Shown one piece after another: positions 1-13,371 of a stretch of 64,000 nucleotides of DNA; positions within the stretch are counted from its first letter, which is position 1; every line of letters begins with the position of its first letter. The notes beneath the pieces are model-generated. The model ran no database searches. It had not been told where the DNA came from and saw only the letters and a list, made by a program, of their open reading frames with translations. Both the position numbers and the translations under genes were made by a program. This DNA is from the human T2T-CHM13v2.0 reference genome, Homo sapiens. The DNA is taken from NCBI RefSeq assembly GCF_009914755.1, contig NC_060931.1. One strand, 5' to 3'.

Positions 1-659
1 GAGCCAGCCTGGTGTGTGGCAGCCAGGTCGGGCTGGTGTCTTCAGAGTGGCTGTGTCAGAAGGGCCTCGTGTATGACAGAAGTAAGTGAGCTGTGCCCTG
101 GCTATAAAATCTGGCAGCGTTGAGCGACTGGACAGCTGTTAGATATGGGTGGCTTGGAATGTTCTCCATTCATTCATTTATTTAACAAAAAATGTGCCTA
201 CCCTGTGTCAAGCCTGGAGCAGGAAGAGGAGCAGTAACTATTCCCTGATCTTTAGATAGGCCTTAGAGGTGGGCACAGATTGGTGAGGTCGCCCAGTCCT
301 TGAAGGACACCCACCTGAGGGCACTGTAGGATCTGTATTTGGCTGCTGTAACAGAGACTGAAGAAAACAAAACCAAAACCGCAGCTTCCACACGGCAGGG
401 GGTGGTCTCCCTCCCGACAGAGCTTGTTTGGCAGCTCACAGGCCCAGGCTCCTTCCAGCCTATCGCTCCACCATTCCTGGGGCCAGGCCTTGTTGCTGTG
501 GTTCGAGATGGCCCGCGACCATGCCCACGGCCCTGTTGAAGGAAGCAAGGGGATGGGCTGGGGGTTGGGGTGCCCTTTCCCTTTTCCTTTAGTTGATGCC
601 TTTCCCTTTAAGCAAACACATTGGTTTCTTGTACATTTAGTACTTACTGTGCACTTTAT

Positions 660-780
660 AAACATTGACCCATTTAAGCTTATTCCAACTCTCAGTTTCC
701 TCAGATCATAGATGAAGAAACTGAGGCACAGAGAGGCCGAATCCACTGTCAAAGGTCCTGTAGCTGGAGGAGGCAGCGCC
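660..780 (-). mobile_element. MIR fragment
   Basis: Core motif agatgaagaaactgaggcacagagagg. Confidence 0.6.
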
Positions 781-1149
781 CCTCACATCCATTAGTCAGA
801 CCAGCCACAGGGCACACCTACTTGCAGGGAGGCCCAGCAACAAGGTCTGGAGTCTAGGAGGCCACATGGCCAGCAAGACACCAAGTGCTCTGTTAGTGTT
901 GAAGCGGGGTGGATGGCATTGGAAGATGGCTGGTCATCCCCGTCACAGCTCACAGCCCGTCATTCACAGACCAAGCTCCCCTGGCTTGACTCACTGCCAT
1001 GTCACACGTCCCCAGGATGTGCTGTGCCTTTGCTGGGACCTACAGTTCTGTTGGGAGTCTCTTTGGTGTCATGGTCCCAACTGAGGCTGTGAGAGGAAAG
1101 ATGTCCTATGACACCTGCTGCCCTCAGGGCCTCTTCCTCTTTCCCTTAG

Positions 1150-1265
1150 ACGCAGGCCAGCTGGAACGTCCCCAGGCGTTCTGTCCTGGATCAAGCAAGA
1201 GGAAGGGGCAAGTGGGAGGAGCCAGCAGGGCCCACAGGAGACCACTGTGGCACACCTGTGCTCAG
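1150..1265 (+). pseudogene. Degenerate internal exon of a ZNF282/ZNF212/ZNF783-family zinc-finger pseudogene
   Basis: Acceptor cttcctctttcccttAG (AG 1148-1149) and donor CAG|GTAAGG (1266). From 1163 it reads GTSPGVLSWIKQEEGASG...HLCS, and the LSxIKQEE motif is typical of linker exons in this family. Its 116-nt length is not a multiple of 3, implying a frameshift if it is a phase 1-1 exon. Confidence 0.6.
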
Positions 1266-2152
1266 GTAAGGCATGCTGGGCCATGTCTCCTCAGGCCTGT
1301 ATCCCTGGGCCTTAGGAGACATGGCGTCCCCTGGGGGGCCTCACAGCGCCTCTAGTGGGGCCTTCTCCTGGGCGAGGCTCCTGAGGGAAGGCAGTGCGCA
1401 GCCTTGGCTGTGTCTCTGCAGAATCTTGTATGCTTGCTGCGTGGTGTCCTCCCATGCAGTTGCACGAAATCATTCTTTTATTCCTGATCCTGTTTCCTGT
1501 TTATTTCATGAACTTGTCTGTAGGCAGCATGGTGCTGGGCGCTGCAGGGGCTCATTAATGCATGAGACACAGATTCCACTCAGGAGAGAGAAGACGAACA
1601 CAGACACAGTACACGGTGGGAAGGGGCACTTCCATGTCTGCAGCCAGAGAGCCCTTTCAGAATCTGACCCAAAAGATGGCCAGTATTCTAAGAAAAAGCA
1701 CATATGCTTACGATGTGCAAACAGCTGAAGGTGTTCTTTCAACTATAGTAAAAGGGGTGTCTCGGTGGCCACAGGCGGCCCAGATGAAGGTGCTGCTGGG
1801 GAAAATGTCACCACGCTGGTCTTGGGAGGCTCCATGAGAGGGAGGTGGGACTTGAGAGGGGCTTAGAGCCTGGGTGAGAGGCAAAGAGGAGGCCAGAGAC
1901 CTTCTGGGTAGAGAGGACCCTCGGGCCAAGGCTCAGAGGTGGATGAACGGGGGAGCCTTAGGTGGAACAGCACAGGGTGGAACCCGGCAGAGGACAATGG
2001 GAGCTGATGGAGGCTAGGCCAGAGTGGGGCCTTCAGTGATGCTTGAACCCCAGGCTTCAGACTCCAGAAGAGCCAAGGGCAGGTGGCCCGGCTGCAGAGC
2101 CTGTGGCAGGCAGGCCTCACTCACTATACCCTTCTGTGTCCTTTGCCTGCAG

Positions 2153-3267
2153 AGACCTGTCTGGGCCGCAGAGAGGAGTCTGGAGGTAGGGTCCAAGGGC
2201 CACGAGCCAGTTTGGGCTGCTGGAGGGGGGCCTGGCAAGGAGGGCTCTCGGGGAAGCACCTGTGGGGGTCTGCTTCCTGACCCCAGGGAGCTAGAGGCCT
2301 CCCTCCCTCCAGGCCCCCCGAGCCAGGCTGAGCCAGCCGCTAGGGGCACGGAGCAGTGCCCACCTTGCGCCCAGTGTGGCCAGAGCTTCGGCCGGAAGGA
2401 GCTCAGTGCGCCGCACCAGCGCGTGCATCGTGGCCCCCGGCCTTTCGCTGGTGCTCAGTGTCCCAAGAGCTTCACGCAGCGGACCACCCCCGCCAGCCAC
2501 CGTCGGGCGCACGTGGCCGAGTGCACCTACACCCGCGCCCAATGCGGCAAGACCTTCCTCCAGCAGTCGACGCTCACACCCACTACTGCGCGCACATCAG
2601 GGAGAAGCCCTACGAGTGCGCCAAGCTCTTTGGCCGCCTGTCCACGCTGCTGGAGCACCGGCACATGCACACGGGTGAGCGGCCCTTCCAGTGCACGCAA
2701 TGTGGCTGCTGCTTCAGCCGCCTGTCCACGCTGCTGGAGCACCGGCACACACACATCAGCGAGAAGCCCTTCCAGTGTGCGCAGTGCGACAAGCGTTTCA
2801 CGCGTCTGGCCAACCTGACCGTGCACCAGAGAGTGCACTTGGGCGAGCGCTCCTTCCAGTGCGCCCAGTACAGCAGGAGATTCATGCAGAAGCCCGGCTT
2901 CCTGCGTCATCTGTGTGGCCACTCGCAGGAGAAGCACTATCCTTGCAGCCCTTGTGGTGAGAGCTTCACCTGTCCCTCCTGGCTTGTGCGTCACCAGGAC
3001 AGCCATGCTAGCCAGGCCTCTCCATCTTGCCTGGTTTGTGAGAGGGACTCCTCGACCGATGAGCCGCCCACGGGCCTCAGGGGTGCAGTGTGGGGGAGCA
3101 CCCCTAGTAATCCTTCTGCCGCACTCAGATTTGAGGGCACTGGTACAGAGCTGGGCCTCAGGAGGTGCCCTGGGGACAGGCAGCGGGGCAGTGGTGATCA
3201 GGAAGGTCTTGGGTGGGGGTCCCTTGCCCAGTTCTCTTTCTCGCGTGAAGATGGAGAATGTGGGTAG
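2153..3267 (+). pseudogene. Terminal C2H2 zinc-finger exon (8 fingers, frameshifted and degenerate); probably the Zfp956/AI894139-like pseudogene (LOC155060) next to ZNF783
   Basis: Acceptor cttctgtgtcctttgcctgcAG at 2151-2152. Fingers 1-3 lie in ORF 2024 (CAQCGQSFGRKELSAPHQRVH...) and fingers 4-8 in ORF 2356 (...HTGERPFQCTQC..., SEKPFQCAQCDKRFTRLANLTVHQRVH), joined by a 1-bp deletion at ~2576-2580. Zn-ligand losses: C>G in F2, C>R in F3, a CxxC deletion in F4 and C>Y in F7. The locus name is recalled, not verified. Confidence 0.85.
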
Positions 3268-5052
3268 CACCCAGAGAGCTCCCTAAAGGGGCTCTGAGGG
3301 CCCAGGGGCAGTTGGTGCCCCTTAAATCTGAGCAACCTCTCCTGGGGGCCACTTCTTGGCCAGGTCAAAGTATTCTGGCCATGGTCTTGGCTTCCCGGGG
3401 GAGGGCTGTTCTCCCAGGCACTGAGATTGCCCATGGGCCTTCTCGTTGCAGGGAGGCGGCTGGGATAGAGGCCAGTCCCAAACACCTGAGCCTCACTGAG
3501 GGGAAGGCCTGGGCTTGGAGATGGGGTGCGCAGGAGTGGCTGGCTTTGCCTTGTTCTATTAGGCGAGTGATTTTCAGAGACAAAGGTCCAAGTTAGGAGA
3601 CGTAATTACTCAGTGCTTTGAAGGGACATCCAAGGTGCTCACTCTTAGCCATAGCCGTTGGTTTCCTGGATGCTGACTGTGAAGATTCTAAAGTGCTTCC
3701 TAGGGTGGGCGGTGGTGGCAGGAGGCCTTGGACGGAGTCCAGGCCAGACCCAGCCTCCTGTTTAATAGGCTGAGCCCAAGCGTCCCTCAGATGCGAATCC
3801 AACAGCCTTGGTGAGTTGTAAGATTTCATGGAAACTTTCCCTGACTTCTGCCTCCCCCTTGCTCCCCATTACCTGGGAAAGGCAGCTTTGTGGGCCATGT
3901 GTCCCGGAAGGGCCTGGGCTGGCTGTGGCCCAGTGCTCAGGACCAGCCATCTTGGCCCTCACAGCGCCCTGCCCAGTTGGTGTAATATTTGTCTTCAAGC
4001 CATTGTTGGAGCAGGCAGGCAAAGGGGGCTTTCTGAGGATCCAACGTGTGCCAGCCACTGGGATACAAAGACAGGCCTGGTTCCTAGCTGTGGGGCTGGG
4101 AAGGGTATCTGACATCAATGGTGGCACCTGGCAGAGGACACACAGACAACAGCAGGCAGCATGGGCTGCAGTAAATGTTGCAGAAGCACCTAAAGGTTGA
4201 GCAGAAGGGAGGTAGGAAACCTGGACATGGCCTGCCAGCAGCTGAGAAGCCCCCCTGAGATCCTGGCGGCCCCGCCACCATCTGAAGATTTAGGCCAGTC
4301 CCTTGGGCTTTTCAGGCAGGCCCTTATGGTGGCCGGCCAGTTTGGGACCCTCCCATTTTGATACATTAGTTCCCCCTCAGCTACTGGAGATCTCAGCCAC
4401 AACTGGGCTCCAGCTGTGACCCAGACTCCGCCAGGATCCCCTAGATCCTCAGCTGTCAGATAATCCCCTGTCCCCCTCCTCCTCCCCACTCAACCCCCAG
4501 TGCTTGACATGAATGCATGTGTGCTTCCTAGGACTAGAGGCCGGTGCTGTCTCTACCATTGCCCTCACTTTAAGGGGCACACGAGCAGATGGTAGCAAGC
4601 CCTGGAGAGCAGCACTCGGGCAAGTGAGGTGGCTCTGGCACTGCCCCTGGACTTTTATGTTTGTAGCTTGAGCTGGTTTTAATTGGAAGCTCTGTGATTT
4701 ACATAATCACTTACAATCTCTGTAAATAAGGAACTATTTATGAGGAATTGTAAATTTCCTCTCTCCCCCTTCTTACCCTGTCTGTGATCTTGTCTGTGAT
4801 GCAGTAATGATATTCCACTCTAGGTTCCCATGATCAGTGGTGAAATATAGTGATTTTCACCTGTGCTTCCATTCTGAAGTTCTGGAAAGAAGTACTGGAT
4901 GGACTGAAGTCCAGGACAACGTTCCAAAGAAAGGCAGAGTCCAGGTAGGCTTGGAGGACCAAGCCCTGGATGAGCACTGGAGGGCAGAGGCCTCAGTGTC
5001 CAGCACTGTGCCCTGCACATGGAAAGCCCCTACGTTTGTGGAATGAATGAAT

Positions 5053-5058
5053 AATAAA
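5053..5058 (+). terminator. Canonical poly(A) signal AATAAA, probable 3' end of the zinc-finger pseudogene transcript
   Basis: AATAAA followed by T-rich sequence, ~1.8 kb after the finger exon and at the transition into repeat-rich DNA. Confidence 0.55.
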
Positions 5059-5354
5059 AATGTTTTCATAAGTGATGCCATTCTCAATTTTAATGTCATT
5101 GATCTGATAATGCAAATTTTAACAGCACATCTTTACCACTTCCTGCCTTAAATAATAGTTGTTAATACATTTCCAGTATTTCATTGAATCTAAGATCCAT
5201 TGATTGTAAGACACACCCTTATTTTCTACTTCACTAAGCAAGGAAAAAATGTGTCAATTTCACCATGACTCTTCTCAGTGCAGGATGATAACTAGGTGGT
5301 GACATGTGAGCCACTGTTACTATTCTTGACAATGTCAGAGCAACTGATTCATTT

Positions 5355-5914
<560 letters not shown>

Positions 5915-6223
5915 AATGATTCATTTTTAACAAAGGTCCTAGAAGTGTAAAAGTGAACCAAGAACAGCATTGGGTCCTATCAAGATGGGCCACCAATACA
6001 TCACATCCTAGACAGCTCTTGAATTTGGAATCCCATCATTTCTCTTGGCACCAGGGAGGTCAGTTTTGTGACAGCAGCTCCCATCGTCAACCCCAGCTAC
6101 AGACAAATCACCCTGAGACACCTGAGCCTCCCTCACCTTAATAAGGTGAGGCATCTATTGCAGGGAGGATCCTCTGGTCCTTTAGGTCCTCTTGTCTCAT
6201 GTAGCAAATTTATTCTAGGATTC

Positions 6224-6559
6224 TGCTACGGGCTGAATTTTGCCTCCCCCTCCCCAAATTCATATGTTGAAGGCCTGACTTCTAGTATGATGGTATTTGG
6301 CGATGGGGCCATTAGGGAAGGTAGTTAGGCTTAGATGATGAGGTTATTAGGGTGGGGCTCTCACGATGGAATTGGTGCCCTTACAGGAAGAGGAAGAGAC
6401 ACCAGAACTCCCTGTCATGTGAGGGTGGAAGAGTGTCCTCACCAGGACCTGGGCATGCTGGTGCCCTCTTGCCAGCCTCCAGCACTGCCATGAATTTCTG
6501 GTGTTTAAGCTGCCCAGTGTATGGATATGTTGTTATGGCAGCCTGAGCCAACCAAGACA
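6224..6559 (+). mobile_element. MaLR solo LTR (MLT1A/B-like)
   Basis: TG...CA ends; caaattcatatgttgaag, ggtatttggcgatggggcc and gttatggcagcctgag motifs. Confidence 0.75.
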
Positions 6560-6825
6560 AGTTCCCTCCCTCAAGAGCTTCCTGATCCCTTCCTCATTAC
6601 CGCACCTTCTAGAATTTCCACTTCCTTTACTCTAGGCCATTGTCATGCCCAAGGTCCGAGGAGCCATGTCAGTAGATGATTAGGACCTGTTCCGGGTCTC
6701 CTTCCTAGAGCACAATCCAGAGTCCTGGGGGAAGGTGTCCATACCAGTGCCCTCTCCAGCTTACATCCATCCTGTCCCTGATGATCCAGAGCTACATGTT
6801 GCTCTGATGGCAGCTGGCTTGGGGT

Positions 6826-7285
6826 TGTGGTTTCAATTGTGTCCTCCCAAAGATATGCTCAAGTCCTAATCTTCAGTACCTGTAAGTGTGACCTAGGTTG
6901 GAAATAGGGGTTTTGCAGATATAATTAAGATGTAAGTTAAGATGAGGTCACACTGGAGTAGGATGGGCCCTTAATCCAGTATGGCTGGTGTCCATGTAAG
7001 AGGAGAATGCCATGTGAAGGGCACAGATGCAGAAGGACATCATGTGATGGTGGAGTGAGTTTGGAGGGACGTGTCTGCAGGTCAAGGAAGGGTGGTTGCT
7101 GGTGACACCAGAAGCGAGGAGAGGGATGTGGAACAGGTTCTCCCCTGGAGTCTTCAGAGGGAGCACGGCCTTCCTCGCACCTTGATACCACACTTGCAGC
7201 CTCTGGAAGTGTGAGGGAATACATTTCCATTGTTTTAAGCCCCGCAGTGTGTGGTCCTTTGTTTCAGTGGCCCTAGGACACTCCT
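6826..7285 (+). mobile_element. MaLR solo LTR (MLT1C/D-like)
   Basis: caagtcctaatc, ggaaataggggttttgcagatataattaag and ccattgttttaagcc motifs. Confidence 0.75.
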
Positions 7286-7441
7286 GGGGTGGAGACTGTG
7301 CTTCTCCACTGGGCCAGGACGAATGGGGCAGTGGAGGCACAGCTTTGAGGAGGAGGGCGAGGCTGGGTCCTGCTCCAGGAGAGGCTATTACTTGTTCTCC
7401 AGGGGAGAGGCAGCTGTTCCACTTTCTCCTGGCAGGAATAA

Positions 7442-8000
<559 letters not shown>

Positions 8001-8169
8001 AAGAGCCTCTTTCAAAGCCCCTTAATGACCTTCTGGTATTCAGTTTGTCTCAGTTGGCGGTTGGCTGTCCTGAGCCCGCTGTTTCATTTATGCAAAGTGT
8101 TCATGTTGTGAATGGAAGCCAGACCCCTTACTATCCTCATCTTTATCATTGCCCTACACCAGGCACTGG

Positions 8170-9610
8170 CAACTGCAGCTTCGAGCCGAATCTGGGCAGC
8201 TATATAATTTGCAGGGCCCAGTGCAAAATCAAACTGTGGGTCCCCTTATTCAAAGGCAGGAAGAAAGTACCATGGAGGGTACTAAAATACTAAGCTTCTT
8301 CCTTTCTTCCACACTCTCTCTTTTGACCTATCATAGTGTTTTTTGTTTGCTCTTTACTGTCATTCTGAGTAAAGAAAAGTTAAAACATTAATTGTTAATG
8401 TAAAACAAAAATTAAAAACATTATGAGCGTGTGTACCATTCATCTTTGTATTATGAACGGATAGTTTTAAATGCAAATAGAAGAGCATTTACTGGGATGC
8501 AGAATCACTGAAATCACATGATTCCACACAAGTAAACAATATTTGTAGTTCACACATGCATATGCGTTTCATTCTTACAAGAACCGTGGAAACTGCCCAA
8601 AGCTAACTTCATTGTTTTCATTTCACTTCCTGCTCCATGCCCGTTCTACCAACACTCTCTATCTTCAGTATAACCAGGAGCAAAGGACTAACGGAAAAGG
8701 AGCCATGGGCTGCCCTCTCTTCTTCCTTCTAGCCCAACATTTTCAGAGTAAGTAATTGGCTAGCACATGTATGATAATACGAGTAGCATGGGGAAGAAAG
8801 TGTCTGATACATTTCCTTGGTTGCTTGTGTTTCTCAGAACACCATGTGATATGGTTTGGCTGTGTCCCCACCCAAGTCTCATCTTGAATTGTAATTCCCA
8901 CAGTTCCCATGTGTTTTGGGAGGAACCTGGTGGGAGTAATTGAATCATGGGGGCGGGCTTTCCTGTGCTGTTCTAGTGATAGTGAATAAGTCTCATGAGA
9001 TCTGGATCTGATGGTTTTAAAAACTGGAGTTTCCCTGCACAAGCTTTCTCTTTGCCTCCAAACCATCTAAGATGTGACTTGCTTCTTCTTGCCTTCTGCC
9101 GTGATTGTGAGGCCTCCCCAGCCATGCGGAACTGTAAGTCCATTAAACCTCTTTCTTTTGTAAATTGCCCAGTCTTGGGTATGTCTTTAGCAGCAGCGTA
9201 AAAATGGACTAATACACCATGGTATTCTTTCTGTATTTGAACCAAGTTCTGGTCCCAAAGGAAAGTAGGACCTCTTGGGCTGTCAGAACCCTACTTTCTC
9301 GGTCATAGATGGAATGTGCTTACCTTGTATATCCCATTGGGTCTTGCTGGACTCCATGCATTGTGGGCCTTCGGAATGCAATGGGGCACCACAAGCACTC
9401 TATATGCAAATTGGGCTGCAAGGAACATGCTGTGCTCATCTCTGCTCCTGACATGCTCATTGTCCTATTGGATTTCACCTGCAAAACACAAGTTCAAAGG
9501 TAAGATTATGAGTTTCCTGATGGCGACAGCAGAGCATGATAGCAAACTCAGGTCTTTCTAAGCATGGGGTTCTGTGCCACTGCACAGGTTCATGCCCATA
9601 AAGCGCTCCT
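8170..9610 (-). mobile_element. hAT-Tip100 DNA transposon relic (MER45/Zaphod-like), interrupted by a THE1 LTR
   Basis: 9563-9610 is the reverse complement of a MER45-like terminus (cagg..tttatgggcatgaacctgtgcagtggcacag); the other end carries gcagggcccagtgcaaaat. Confidence 0.55.
8847..9216 (+). mobile_element. THE1 (MaLR) solo LTR
   Basis: Starts TGATATGGTTTGGCTGTGTCCCCACCC and ends GGACTAATACA; perfect 5-bp TSD CCATG at 8842-8846 and 9217-9221. Confidence 0.95.
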
Positions 9611-10199
9611 GATCTAAGTGGTACTTGAGAGGTGTTAGTATCACCTGTTCCAGGCACTGCTGAATAGAGCAGGAGTTCCAGACAGAGTCCTGCTCTTTTA
9701 CTATGAAATCACAGTGCAGTTGGGGGATGTGAGTTTATGTATTCAATAATTCATTTCAGTAGCATTTTCCATGCTAAGTCCTGTACATTAGATATATCAA
9801 ATATGCGGGATCTGCAGTGAGAGTCCATGCTCTGAGATGTGTGTGAACGTGCATGCGTTAGATGTGTGAAGGGCTTGAATGGCTCGAATCCAATACAAAG
9901 CAGCAATAATGAAATAGACTACACGTTGATGTGGGAACCCGGGAGAAGGGTAGACTGGCCGTCAAGAGAGTCAGGGATGAGCTCACAGGAGCATGACGCT
10001 TGTGCTCGGTCTCAAAGAATGAGTAAATGTCTTCAGGGACTCTCCAAGGCGTGAATCCCGTCCAAAGGCCTCAGCCACCCACCTCCGCCGCCACCTCTGC
10101 TACCATCCTGCCTCAAACATCATGCTCCACAGCCAGGCCTTCCCCTGGCTCCCTGCACTGCCCACTGGGGGCCTCCCTCATGGCCAGGGTAAACGGCCC

Positions 10200-11000
10200 A
10201 TCTTTCTACCTGGCCACGCTGGCCATGCTTCCAGGCCTCTGCTCTCGCTGGTCCTCTGCCCGAGAGCCCTTCCCTTCAGACATTCGCATGGCTTGCTCCC
10301 CGCTCCTTTCAGATCACTTGCAGATGTCACCTCTGAATGCTCCATCTAAAATACCACCCTACTTGCTGCTGGGGCCCCTTCTCTTTCCCCCACTCTGCCT
10401 TATGTGTCTTCACAGCACAGATTTGCACCTGACATTAATTATTTGATTATTATCTTTTTAAAAAAATTATTTATTTTTTGACACTGGGTCTCCCTCTGCC
10501 ACCCAGCCTGGAGTGCAGTGGTGTAAACACAGCTCACTGCAGCCTCAACTTCCTGGGCTCAAGCAATCCTCCTGCCCCAGCTGTCAAGTAGCTGTGACCA
10601 CATGCACATGCCACCACACCTGGCTAATTTTTGAATTTTTTGTAGAGATGGGGTCCCACCGTGTTGCCCAGGCTGGTCTTGAACTCCTGGACTCATATGA
10701 TCCTCCTGCCTCTTGCTCCCAAAGTGCAGGGATTACAGACGTGAGCCACTGTGCCCTGCCTGTTTGATTATTATCTACTCCATGAGAATGGGGATGTTGT
10801 TTTGTTCCTGCTTGATGCCCAGTACCTAGAATAATGCCTGGCACATAGTAGGTGCTTACTAAATATTTGAATTATGAAATGAGTGTTTTGTGTCTGTTTC
10901 TACTAAAATGTAAATTCTTTGAAAGCAAGCACCATGTTCTTCATCTCTGCATCTATCCTGTTTAGCACAGAGCCTGGCACAGAGGAGATGCTTCATAAAC
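10200..11000. mobile_element. L2 fragments interrupted by an AluJ (minus strand, ~10468-10762)
   Basis: L2 3' motif cctggcacatagtaggtgcttactaaatatttg; AluJ motifs cacagctcactgcagcctc and ctcaagcaatcctcc. Confidence 0.7.
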
Positions 11001-11356
11001 ATTACCTGATCTCTTCAAATGGCAACATAACATTCCACTAAGTGAATGCTGTTAACCATTCCCCTACTACTAGACATTTAGAGTTTTTTTTCTAGTTTTA
11101 AATTAAAAATAATACAGTGATAATCTTAGGTTTCTTATTTTTCATGGGTGTTTATTTATTTAAAATAGATTCTCAGAAGTGGCATGACTGAGTCAATATA
11201 ATAAATACAATATTGCCAAAATTGCTTTCCAAAAGGGTTGGAGAGGATTGAAAATGTGGAAAATCCCATTTTACCCTTGCCATCTTAAAATGTTAGTGCT
11301 AGATAACAAACAAGCAGAAACAAAAACAAAACAACAACAAAAAGTACTGTGTTGAC

Positions 11357-11758
11357 GGTATTGGTCAGCCCGGGCTGCTAAAACAAAATACCATGGACTA
11401 GGCAGCTTGAACAACAGAAATTTATTTCTCACAGTTCTGGAAGCTGGAAGTCCAAGATCAAGATGTGGGCAGATTCTCTCCTGGCTCTCCTTAGGGCTCT
11501 TCTTCTGGCTTGCAGACATCCTCAACATGTTGGGGAGAGAGGGAGAGAGAGTGGGAGAGAAAAGGAGAGAGAGAGAGAGAGATGTGGAGATGTGGTCTCT
11601 CTTCATGTAAGGGCACTAATCCCACCCTGGGGCCCCACCCTCATGACCTCATGTAAACCTAATTACCTCCTAAAAGCCCTACCTTCAAACAATATCACTT
11701 TGGGGATTAGGGCTTCACCATATGAATTTTGGAGGACACAGACATTCAGTCCATAACA
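11357..11758 (-). mobile_element. MaLR solo LTR (MLT1A/MSTD-like)
   Basis: acagaaatttatttctcacagttctggaagctggaagtccaagatcaag; ends cattcagtccataaca. Confidence 0.75.
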
Positions 11759-11812
11759 GTAACCAAGAAAAGTTTCTGGAAGGCAACAGCATGACCAGAT
11801 TCATTTTGTGTG

Positions 11813-12500
11813 CATTATGGGTTGAATTATTTCCCCCTCCCTTTTTTTTTTTTTGACATGGAGGCTCGCTCTGACGCCCAGGCTGGAGTGCAATGGCACA
11901 ATCTCGACTCACTGCAACCCCTGCCTCCTGGGCTGAAGCAATTTTCCTGCCTCAGCCTCTCCAGTAGCTGAGGCCACATGCGGGTGCCACCACGCCCAGC
12001 TAATTTTTGCATTTTTAGTAGAGACAGGGTTTCACTGTGTTGGCCAGGCTGGTCTCGTACATCTGACCTCAAGTGATCTGCCCCGCCTTGGCCTCTCAAA
12101 GTGCTGGGATTACAGGTGTGAGCCACCACCCCCACCCCCCAACAAATTTATATGTTGAGGTCCCAAACCTCAGTACCTCATAATGTAACCATATTCAAAG
12201 ATGAGGCCTTTAGAGAGGTGATGAAGCTAAAAAGAAGCTGTTAGGGTGGGGCCCCAATGTAAGAGGACTGGCGTCCTTATGAGAAGGGGAAGACACCAGG
12301 ATGGGCACACACAGAGGAAAGGCGTGTGAGGACACAGTGAGAACGTGACCACCTGCACACCACAGAGAGGCCTTAGGAGAAACCAGTACCACTGACACCT
12401 TGATCTTGGGCCTCCAGCCTCCAGGACTGTGAGAAAATAAATGTCTGTTGTTGAAGCCATCCAGTCTGTGGCGTCTTGTTATGGCAGCCTGAGTGGATTC
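11813..12500 (+). mobile_element. MLT1B-like LTR interrupted by an AluS (minus strand, 11843-12135)
   Basis: The LTR start ttatgggttgaatt resumes after the Alu as caaatttatatgttgaggtccc; ends gttatggcagcctgag. Confidence 0.75.
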
Positions 12501-12981
12501 ATGGTGGGTCAATTGCTGATGTTTTGGAGAGTGAACAGCTCATAGGACACGGTGAACCAGCTGCAGCTTCCTTCGGGCTGCGTGGAGGCTGCCGGCACCA
12601 CCCCACAGGATTCTTCTCTGTGTGGATGCTCCTGGGGGTTTGCTGAACGCTGTGGGCCCCAGGAGGTACTAACTCTTTTTGCTGGCGGGAGAAGGCGTCC
12701 CTCCAGGGGCTTGGATTGGCCTTTATCTTTCCAGAAATATTTGCTGAGCCCGAGTCATGTGCTATGTGTTAGGTGATGGGGCTACAAGGCAAGTAAGGCA
12801 GGGTCCCCAAGGCTTAGACCAGCGGGGATGCCTGTAAGAAACAAATCACTACACTCATGCTAGAGTCAGTGTTTTGGGAAATTTAACGTAGGGTTCCTGG
12901 ACATTGCAAGTATGTGTCCTTTTTAATTTGTATTTTATTATAATATACAGACAACTGGGTTTGGGAATCATATTACTCCTG

Positions 12982-13371
<390 letters not shown>

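Noticed and set aside
1-87. Possible upstream exon ending at GTAAGT (82-87)
   Set aside because: The donor is plausible, but the exon start lies outside the window and I could not assign a family-specific reading frame.
549-570. G-quadruplex-like motif GGGGATGGGCTGGGGGTTGGGG
   Set aside because: Such motifs are common in GC-rich introns and nothing else supports a function.
2527-3270. 247-aa minus-strand ORF and other overlapping ORFs across 252-4489
   Set aside because: Antisense or alternate-frame shadows of GC-rich zinc-finger DNA, with no recognisable domain.
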